64,000 nucleotides of DNA from Enoplolaimus lenunculus (Eukaryota): assembly GCA_030248215.1 (NCBI GenBank), contig JASANG010003752.1, forward strand, positions 248,001 to 312,000. Direction: 5' to 3'. A program made the translations under genes and the position numbers. Of this stretch, positions 14,487-24,469 are shown piece by piece. Below the pieces are notes generated by a model. That model saw nothing but the letters and a program-made list of their open reading frames with translations, was not told the DNA's origin and searched no databases. Within the stretch, counting starts at the first letter, position 1, and every line of letters begins with the position of its first letter.

Positions 14487-16152
14487 TACTGGCATAAATA
14501 CCGATTTTTAGAATTGTATCCTTTACCTTTAGAGCAACAAGTTAAAACAAGTGCTTAAGAAACGAAAATTGAGGTTCGGAAACTCAAAAAAACGCAAAAT
14601 CGGGTTTAGGATATTCAAAATAGAAAATTGCATTTCGGATATCCGGATAAATATCCGGCAAGAATTGCCCGACATGAAAAATATATATATACTATAAACA
14701 AAGGCGTAGCAATAGGGGTTTTATGTATATATTTCTGAAATTTTGCGGCAATGACTCCTTTACCCATTCTGAAACTGTAGGCACAACTCGTACCTATCAC
14801 AAACAAACAAAATTTAAACCTAAACTAATTTCATTTATGTTGAATCTAAACTATAAACTTTTTACTTTTCAAACTCCTTCTTAATCGGTGAGAAAATCAG
14901 AGATGATTAAATCCGATTTCATTATTATTTCTTTTATTGTTACCAAAAAATATTTATATATACTCCGGTGAAAGATTTCACTATATTTTTATGAAAGCAA
15001 TGGATCCCTGATCATCTGAAGCGCTTTATTCCATGAGTTGTCTAGAATGCAACTGCAACCAAAGTAGTTCCAATCAGTGATTCAATCTTAATATTGACTA
15101 TGATGATAAAAGTAGGTAACATGTCAGATTTCAGCTAAAAGTTTTGGAATCGTAATCTAAATCAATTTTTTCAGTTTTTTTCTGTGGTAAGCAATTACTG
15201 GCCAGCCGACCGATTCCTGGCCGGTGCACACATGTGTTAACTTTCAAAGTTTAACTAACCTATGTTATAAACAGGTGCTTGACCAACACTTGGTAGTGTT
15301 TTTGCAAGTAAACATACTCTCTCTGACCTCAGGCTTCGGTGCTTTACACTATTTATTGCTTACTTAGGCTAAGCCATACGCTTTTAGGCTTTAGGCTTAC
15401 GAATTTGCTTATACTACTGGTACGGCCCTGTTCTATACAATGGGCATCCTAGTTTTCAGCTTAAGAAAAATCCTAAACCTTAAAGCCGATTTAAATCATC
15501 TTCCAGTGAATTTGAGTTTATTTTTTCATAAGAGCAACGATAAAAACTAACAAACAGCAGAATAATAAAGAGGCTGTGCTAATTCTAAACAGGTTAGGTT
15601 GCAACGGAATTTCGGTAGACAAATCCGATATCTTCACTATCCGTTTCAGGTATTTTTCACTCGAATTTCCGGGTATTTTAGGTATTGAAAGTTTTTCTCA
15701 TTCGAAAGTTTAAGAAAAACTGACATATTATCCAAAATGTTCATATGTTTCCCGCTAAATGCATTTGGTTCAAGATTTTGGCATTTTATATGTACCCCCG
15801 TTTTCAATGGCTGTCAATGGCTGAGCTGAGCTACGCTAAACAACACGTGGTCCCTTAGGAAACAAAGCTTGATTGATCTGATAAATAATAAACATTATTT
15901 ATAGGTTAAATAGATTTTTTGAAATTGATCACTTCACTTTCATTTTATAATATAATCTCGCTAACGTAGACTATTTAATTTGCATAAGGTGCTTCAATCG
16001 AAAATATCAATTATATTGAAATGTTAACAAAAAATATCGCATGATCTTCGCTAAAACCACTATAAATAAATTCTAATCTAAACACGAAGTAAGACTATTC
16101 CACCTAGCACAGCTACTAACAGGGAACACAGACAGAATAGATGCACTACATT

Positions 16153-16466
16153 TGCTGGGTTTCTGAAACCGCACTTAAGTACGATTTCGTACTGAAGTAT
16201 GTGCCAAGCAATTAAGTCACTGCCTAAATGTGATGCGTTGCAGACTACCAGTTCTGGCATATTAGCTTTAGTCTAATTGAGATTCTAGATATACTGTGTC
16301 TCCAAAACATAAATCAAAATTATGGTTTTCAAGTTAATATGCCAGTTGGTTGCAACTGAAATTTATTTGTGTTTACATAAAAAGTTAAGTATTTAAGACC
16401 GCTACTTAAGTAATTACTTAACCACAACATGAGTAAATACTTAAGTAAGATTTCAGAAACCCAGCC
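16153..16466. mobile_element. Harbinger-like MITE (GGCTGGGTTTCTGAAA TIR, ATT flanks)
   Basis: TIRs (T)GCTGGGTTTCTGAAA / TTTCAGAAACCCAGCC flanked by ATT; further copies at 46529-46804 and 49105-49470. Confidence 0.65.
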
Positions 16467-16599
16467 ATTGCTTATAATTTAATGAGTATAATTACAGCTA
16501 GGAAAAACAACCATCAATGCATTCAGTTCAGAGTGCTACAATACTCAACTGGAGATAAATAAATTTCAGACAAGTGTCTTATGTTGTTTTAGTCAGTGG

Positions 16600-19500
16600 T
16601 TAGTAAATGTATTTTTGAATTTCAGCATAAATTGCCAACACAAGCGCACCACCTGTGCCTCTGAAGACATTGGACAGAGCGCCTTTGAAGAATGCAGTTG
16701 GACCTTCTTGTTGTAAAATCTTCTTCCAACAGTCGAGAGTGTTTTTGTAGAGAATGTCTTGGCGTCCAGATTGCATCATCATGCGACGACGAACGGTGTC
16801 CCACGGATAAGATACGATACCACTTGATACTGTTACCACCTGTAAACAGTTACATACGTACACAAATAGTAACAATATGACGTAGTGTTTGTTAACCATG
16901 CAACAATGTACAGACCTCGATCCATGCGCGTAGCCGAAATTTTGGTTTTAACATTAAATTTCTTGTGACATTTATTTCAAGCTGGATTGATTGTTTCGGA
17001 AAAAATATTAATCGACTGGAAAAAACGTGTTTTTCGGCTTTTCATGAAAAATGAAAAAATTGTTACCGTCTTTCCTTCGAAGAAAAACCGTTTTATTGTC
17101 TTTTTGGCCCCCCATCGGCATTCAGTCTGAAATTGTGTACTGTTACGTAAACTGCTAGATTACTGGCGTACAACCTACCTGAGCGATTGCCCACGCTACG
17201 AAGAAATTCAAGTTCTTCGGATCACTGGCGACTAAAACTTTAGCAGTATCGAAAGCACCAAAATATGCGGCACGATAGATGATGATGCCTTGGACCGAAA
17301 CTATGAAACCTCTGAAACGAAAATTCGATTTTTCACAATTGAACATCTCGTGATTACAAACGTTTAAGTTACAAAAAACCGAAAGCACAACATTTTGCTT
17401 TAAAAAGTTGACTTTATTAAATGTGAGTAAAAATACGCAAATTGTACTCAAAGCAGAATCAGTCAAATATACGTAAAACAGAAAACATACACATGATTGG
17501 AAACATGATTGGTACCTGTACAAACCAACAACGCCGTCACTTTTCGCTATTTTTACCAGACAATCTCCGAGACCCTTGAATTCTCGGTTGGCACCTTTGC
17601 CAACATCTGCTGCGAGACGGGTTCGAGCAAAATCAAGCGGGTACACGAAACACAACGATGTTGCACCAGCTGCCCCACCACTAGCAAGATTTCCTAAAAC
17701 AATTTTGCTTCTTTTATTATCAACACTTGAAATATTGAACAGAAACAACACAGTTTCACACTGTAGTACGCAAAGGTCGATGAACTAATAAGATTACTCA
17801 AAAAGGGGATAGAAACAATCGCTTATATCTGGAGTCTGGAGTCTCAATCTCAGTATCAGTCTCAAGCCTCGAAACCAGTATCAATATTACGATTTCCATG
17901 ACAGTGCGATTTTTAATGTGCGATATAGTCAGTTTGTTTCGCTGATACCTATATATGTGATTGTCTTCATATGTATATTTAGTACCAAATACGCTTAGGA
18001 CCTGGCTTCTCCAGAGCGGGGGGGCAGCACTTTTCGAAATTTTCATTTCCCCCCGGCGAAAATTTTGCCGCCCCCGGAAAGCCTTCCCGGCGAATTTTCG
18101 GGCGCCCCCAGCAAATTTTTTTGCTGGGGCCCCCCAGGCCTTTGCTAGGCTAAAAATTTTCAATGTTAAAACGTAAAGCCCTGGACTTCTTTTGATGCGG
18201 ACATTCGGCAAAATATGATTTTATATTACGCTGAGGACTCATAATATAATTTTTTAATAGCGTTACAAATATCCGTAGTAACTAATACAATTCAATAATG
18301 ACCTGAAAAAAGCACAATTATTTAAAGACCGTTTCAGGGCATACAGCATTCGAAAGTACCTTGCAGCAGCAAGTTCAACCCGCCTGAGGTTATGATAAAC
18401 TGAAGCTGTGACTAATATATAAAATATATATTAATCACAGTTTCAATTATAGATTATCTATATTTTATACAGTTGTGCTTCTTTCAACTTCTGGTTAAGT
18501 TGTCAGTAATATTAGTTAAAATTATAATTAGCGTTTGCGAGAAATGTTTGTCATGTTGAGCGATGAGTAATCTTCAGTTGAGTTGGAAACACGGTCTACA
18601 ATGAAAAAATGGTCCAAAAAGTCGGTTTGCAAAATTTTAAGCCTGCCCCCAGGACTCCCCAGATCATCTGCCCCGCAGGAAAACTGTCCCCCCCCCCCGC
18701 AAAATTAGCTGCCCCACCGGAAACTCCTGGGGGCCCCCAGGAAACGCCCCCCCCCCGCGGAAATTTCCAAGCTGTTGAGAAGCCAGAGGACTAGGGTCCT
18801 TGGCCGGATTTTGTCGCTTCAGTTAAGTACTTTTGGGTCAAGCGAAGCTGCTCGTTCCCGAGAATGCATATATGTCGATGTCATTTAGGCCGGGAAACCT
18901 TGCATACATGTCGGATTGTTCGTGATCTCCCCGCGTTGGTGATTTTCGTACGTATATATGACAATATTTTCCACCAACATGAGTCAAAAATTGCCGAGGG
19001 TTAGAAGGCGCTAAACCTTTTAGACTTATACTAACAAATTACTTAAAATTATTGCTTAAAAATAAAAAAAAACGCAGCCGAACATTGTTGGATTCGGTTT
19101 TTTTACAACCGTATCCGAACCGCAAAATTTTGCCGAATATTAATCTTTGTTGGCACCCTGGGAAGACATGCTTCATCATTCATAAGTCAGTGCAGTATCA
19201 CCCAGTCAAACTCCTAGTCGACGTCGATATGGAACAAGTCATCAATGTTAAGCTCGGTGACACCAAGATCACCATAGTTAACATCTACATTCCGAAACAC
19301 AGCAGTTGCCAAAGCGTATACAAAGCCAGCATCCAGCACATGCTTCAAAATGATGACCACCTCAAAGTCAGTGATACGAACGCACAATGCACATCACGAT
19401 GACTGGCATTCGAAAGAAAACCGAGATAACTGCGTAGAAGATCCTTTCAAGCACAAATACAACAATCAGCATTTTGCATACTAAGCTTAGATGCAGCAAC

Positions 19501-22206
19501 TTGGATCACCGCTGCGAAAGAGAGCTCCCCTGACATATTATCAGCCAGCGTCGACATCACCCCAATAGCCATCTGAAATGTCACCCCAACGCAAGGATCA
19601 TATCACTTATCTTTACCATTAGACTTCAATGCGTTCAAACCGCACGCCAACGCTGAGTCAAACCAGAGTAACCTAAATAAACTTCAACAAGGCTCGACGG
19701 AGCGAGTTCGCAGACTATATTGAAGGAAATCTGTTAAAAGAGAACGTCCCAGACAACATCATCATCGCCGAGAAGGCCTTCAGAAAATCATCAAAAGCGC
19801 AGTCAAGCGCATCATACCTGGAGGTAGAATCCCAGAAACATGGCCTGAATTTCCCACAGTAGCCGCTCTTCTGGTGGATGAGCGAGACGCCTACTTGTGG
19901 CCAACCCAGATGATATCAGGATCCCTGCGATGAACAGCGATTCGACAAGCTAGTCAAGAAACATCAAAAAACTGGCTCAAATCCATCAAGGATTGCAACC
20001 TTAACAAAGGAGCGAAGAAACCACGGTCCACCATCAAGAGATTGTTAGCAGGGTGCGACCGGATATTAATTTACCGGAGACCGGAACCGGTTGTTGCATA
20101 TGTTCAAATAATTTATTTTTCGCTGTATTTTTAGCGTGGTTCGAACGTAATCGCAGCAAGATGTTAAAGACGCTCATCCGGTAACCGGTAGGTTTATGCC
20201 GGATACTGGAACTGGACATCAGACTGCACCCTGGCTGTTAGACCGTCATAAAGCACAAGACAACATCGCAATTAAGTTTGAAGACCAACAGGGAACAAGT
20301 GCTAGAATATGTTCAACAGACAATACACCCCACATTCGCAAACAATAGATGAGGAAAAACGATCCAATCCTCTGAAGCATCCATGAATGCGGATGCATGG
20401 GGGCAAAATAAAAAAAACCTCATGCTTATGCTGCACATCGTTTAAAACACTGATGCAAACGTAGTGCCTTCAAACGCAGCAGCAGTAAAACATGAAATAA
20501 AAACTAAAAAACTCAGCAGCTGATTGTGAGGCGGCGTCATTCTGTGGTAGCGCGCTGGACTGAGCATCTGTCGCTATGGGTCATGGCATCGAAACCTCGT
20601 AAGAACGCTCTCATTTTCAGCTGCAAGAAAACAGAACTACAAACCGTCGTACCCTAGCCTACTCTATTATATAATCACATGGTGATTACAACGGGGACGC
20701 ACTGGCAAACTGCCGCGCAAGAACAAAAAACCTATGTTGGCGGTCAAGGGACGACCTTGTAGAACAACTGGGGGATGTGATATGTGGATGCATGGAGGCA
20801 AGTAAAAACCTCATGCTGATGCTGCACATCAACGTCGGTAAATCGCTAATGCATATGTGGTGCCTTCATATCCAGAAGCGGTAAAAACAAGGAATACGTA
20901 ACCAAGGCACACGGTATTATGTTGAGGTTCTTACTTGGCATAACACAGAAAAACTCAGCCGCTGATTGTGTGGCGGCGTGGCTTAGTGCTAGCGCACTGG
21001 ACGGAGAATCTGTCGGCCATGGTATCGAAACCTCATAAGAATGTCCCTCTTTTTGAGCTGCAAGAACACAACTAAAACAGTCCTATCCTAGCCTACCCCA
21101 CTTACCGGGGGATCAAAATGTCGCGTTTTTCGAGCATCTCCTCATACGCTTACCGTGCACATACACCGACAACCTTCATAAGAACGCGTATATATACCTT
21201 TCCACATGTTCCAGGGTGCCAGTTTTATAGGTATCGGGTTACTTTGGTATATAGCTCGCACTAACCTGCAAAAAATCTCCAAAACTGTTTCTTTCGGTCA
21301 ATGCCGTCCAGAAACATCTTTTTGTAAGTATCCTTGAACGCAAAGTTTAATGCTTGCGTCGGGAAGTATCGGATGACATTCGCCAAGTTACCTCGCCATA
21401 ATGAAAAGAATCCCTGCTCTTTTGGTACACGAATGAGCACGTCTATAATGCCTTTGTAACGCTGATCCGCTGCTATTGTTTTCTGCGCATGTTGCACCTG
21501 AAATTGATGCGACCATTACGGTAGAAAACAAAGAGCATAACTTCGAATTTGTTGAGCAAAGAGTTAGCAGAAAATTATTTCATTCCGAAAGCAGGGTTCA
21601 ACCGAAATTCCTGCTCCGGCTGGAATTCCTGCAAAAATTCAATTCCTGTTCCTGTTCCTGCATTCAAAGATGCAGGAACTGGAATTTTTACGATTTTGTG
21701 GCAAGTTATGCCTAATCATTTACGTAACCATGCAAATTTTGTCTTTAAAAACTTGTTACATCGACAGAAGCGTTTTTCCAATTACTTCAATTTCGTTAGT
21801 AAAGTGTTTTTCTTGTGTTTTACCAAACGTTTATGATGAAATAGCTGAAAATTCGTTGAAGTCATTTTTTGGCTTTTTTTATATAATCCCACAGTAATTC
21901 GGTAGGTAATGAAAATTATTTAGAATTCCGGTTCCTGTTCCTGTTCCGGTTCCTGCAAAAAATTCAATTCCTGTTCCTGATCCTGTTACACTTACAGCAA
22001 AATTAAGTCCCTGTTAGAACTCTGCCGCCAAGTTAAAGCCGCGACCTGCATCCTAGAAAACAGTTGCGGTATAACATACTAACTTGTAACAATAGCTTCA
22101 CACGCTCAATGGGTGCTACGACGGTTTTTGAAATTGCAGCCGCAGTTCCACCGCTTGCAAGATCTATGAAAAACTTTGTTGGATCGAAGCCTTTCTTGTC
22201 ACTCAT
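16600..22206 (-). CDS. ANT: ADP/ATP translocase (adenine nucleotide translocator, mitochondrial carrier family), copy A, 301 aa, 5 exons
   Basis: Exons 22206-22084, 21497-21266, 17693-17516, 17311-17179, 16839-16600 with matching phases; carrier motifs PIERVK, PLDFAR, PWDTVR and the ANT signature RRRMMM. Confidence 0.97.
17996..18793. mobile_element. Non-autonomous DNA transposon with GC-rich subterminal repeats in ANT-A intron 2
   Basis: Imperfect TIRs TAGGACCTGGCTTCTC / GAGAAGCCAGAGGACTA; GCCCCC-rich ends and AT-rich middle. Confidence 0.5.
20049..20233. mobile_element. hAT-type MITE
   Basis: CAGGGTGCGACCGG...CTGCACCCTG with 8-bp flanks ATTGTTAG/GCTGTTAG. Confidence 0.7.
20382..21105 (+). 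mobile_element. TRIM with tRNA-like LTRs, family B (degenerate)
   Basis: Two diverged direct repeats (about 20382-20679 ending TCACA; 20776 onward starting TGTGA) separated by 96 bp that start TGGTGA (PBS-like) and end ACTGGGGGA (PPT); each repeat has A-box/B-box-like motifs (GTGGCTTAGTG, GGTATCGAAACC). Confidence 0.7.
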
Positions 22207-23225
22207 GATTAATTTTTGTTTAACCTATAACCTATAAAATTTGAAACGTAATCTTTTGTTGAATACGATTTCAATTCTTTTCGATTTCGTGTACGAGGTT
22301 ATCACTTATAAACTTGATTGGCCGAAAATGTCCATGTTAATAATTACAACTAAAAAATTTGACAAATAACGAAACCAAGACGTTCTGCTGAATATTTTTA
22401 CGAACTCATTTCGCTTAATGCAACATATAAAACAGATCTCTGCTATTTCTACTAACTATGTAAATAAGTGTCTAAAAAGAATACAAACAGCATTTACAAA
22501 AACGGTTTTAAAGCACCTTAAGAAACTGAAAAACAAATAAAATTCTGTTTTACGCTGCTTTGCAATGACAATTACACCAGTTTATGATTACGTTTTGATG
22601 ACATAACAACCAACCAAGAATATAATGTAAAGCATGCAATTAGAACTACATTCACAAAAGCAAAACTAAACTAGTTATCAACGTTTCTTCAGTTGCCTTT
22701 AATTACACGCTAGTCTGGTTTTGTAGGCTGGAGCACTAATATTTTGGATCATCATTTTGCTTTGAAACATACATAGTGTATATATTCTTTCAGCTAGCAG
22801 AATTAGGTTTAAAAATTCTCTTCGCCATAAACCGTATCTTTTCATTGTTTATTCACACGTACCTCTAACGTGGGGTTAGAGGGAAGATTGCGTCTGGATA
22901 TGTTGTGTACACGGTGGTGTTCTGCATTATACAGCTGTGCGTAGAGTGCTCTATTTAGTTACGTAGCTGACGATGAGTGAGCCTTATTCTGCGATAGAAC
23001 CGACTCTTCTAATCGAAGTGTGTGTGATTGATTATTTCAGTAGAAGAGTTATCTGCTTCTGAAGGATATGCTTATTGCGGATTTTGGTTTTTATGTATCA
23101 AAATTGTGGCTGAACAAATATTGCACCGGGAAGTTAAGTATGATGCACCCTGCAGAAACTTAGCGTATAACAGAAGGAATTAAGTAGAAGTGTTAAACAT
23201 TACATCGTGTAACGTTTTTAAATCA

Positions 23226-24313
23226 TGTAAGCATGTCAGACATGTTGTTCTAATGCATATGCAATTCGTACATGTCATGCATAGTATGTTGTATGTTGGC
23301 CGGCGGCATACGTGTTCACGAATATTCGGTGATAAAAGTGGAGAGAATGTCTGTGGCGGATTGGTAGAGCATTCGCTTAAGGTTTATTGTAACTATACGG
23401 TTTGTTGACCTCTGTTCAAAGTTTTGCACAAAGTTAAGGACACGCGCCTGAGATCAAACCTCGCTCCTTGTAAGCATGTGAGACATGCTTGCCCGTTATG
23501 TGCACATGCAATGTTGTGCAGTGCCCTGTATGTATGCTAGCTGGCAGTATACGGTCGACACATAGTCGACGAAAAATGCAGTTTGAGAGGCGGGCTACGT
23601 GGCCCAGTAATAGAGTGCTCGCTTAAGGATCCATAGGCTGATGTCCTTGGTTCCTACCTAGACTGACATGGGGGCTACACCGTGAGCGCAATGGCAAATT
23701 GCCGCGCTATGAGCACGGTATTCAGTCGAAAATAGGATGGACGGTCAAGGGATGACCTTGCTGAAAATAAGGGCATGTAAGCATGTGAGGCATGCTTGCC
23801 CGTTATGTGCACATGCCATATAGTGCAGTGCATTGTATGTATGCTAGCTGGCAGCATACGATCGACACATAGTCGACGAAAAATGCAGTTGGAGGGCGGG
23901 CTACGTGGCCAGTAGTAGTGTGCTCGGTTAAGGATCCGTAGGCTGAGAGTTCGATTCCCGCTCTAGCCCGCTTGTCCAGCTGCTTGGTAGAAAGGTCTGA
24001 TGTCTTTGGTTCCTACCTAGACTGACACTCCTTTTGCACTAGAGCCAAGCGGGCTACCCCTACGCCATGTGGTCGATGGCAGCAACTTCATATTGTGGTA
24101 TGTATAACGCAATGTTTTGTTTATGCTAGCATGCAGTATACGTGTCCACAAACAGTTGACCATAAAAATAGTTGGAGAGGTGGGCTCATGACGTAATGGT
24201 AGACCGTTTGCCTAAGGATCCGCAGGTCGCTATTTCGAACCCTTCCGTGCCCACATTTCCAGCTGCTTAGTAAAAAGGTATACAGTTCCCGATAATGACT
24301 ATCTAGTCTGACA
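23226..24313 (+). mobile_element. Older, rearranged copy of TRIM family A surrounding the intact one
   Basis: Diverged LTR start TGTAAGCATG at 23226 and diverged LTR end CTGACA at 24313; flanks AATCA/ATTCA (4 of 5 identical). Confidence 0.5.
23469..24027 (+). mobile_element. Intact TRIM (non-autonomous LTR retrotransposon) with tRNA-derived LTRs, family A
   Basis: 5' LTR 23469-23668 and 3' LTR 23776-24027 (TGTAAG...CTGACA), PBS TGGGGGCT at 23669, PPT GAAAATAAGGGCA, perfect CTCCT target duplication; 72-nt tRNA-like segment 23898-23969. Confidence 0.88.
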
Positions 24314-24469
24314 ATTCAATTTCCAAGCAGAGTTCAGAGTTCTTGTTAATGTTACGTATATATGTTACAGATTAAGCAACTTTATATATATACGTAATTA
24401 ATAATTGAAGGCTGTTGAACAACACCTATATATTGGTAATAATTGTGGTTATGTTTGGAATGAAAGCTG

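Larger units (their letters stand above)
19150..21230 (+). mobile_element. Decayed APE-type non-LTR retrotransposon (endonuclease to start of RT), antisense in ANT-A intron 2
   Basis: [14 protein letters not shown] (GDFNA-like), SSPDI, SYHL (SDH-like), NFNKA, IPGGRIP motifs with stops and frameshifts; interrupted by a hAT MITE (20049-20233) and a TRIM (about 20382-21105). Confidence 0.7.

Noticed and set aside
5160..15420. Telomere-like repeats as programmed DNA elimination or healing sites
   Set aside because: Short, degenerate, embedded in a dispersed repeat in both orientations; no pure terminal array.
23898..23969. Functional tRNA gene or plain SINE
   Set aside because: Stems are imperfect and the segment sits centrally in a TG..CA LTR with PBS, PPT and TSD; SINEs start at the tRNA head.
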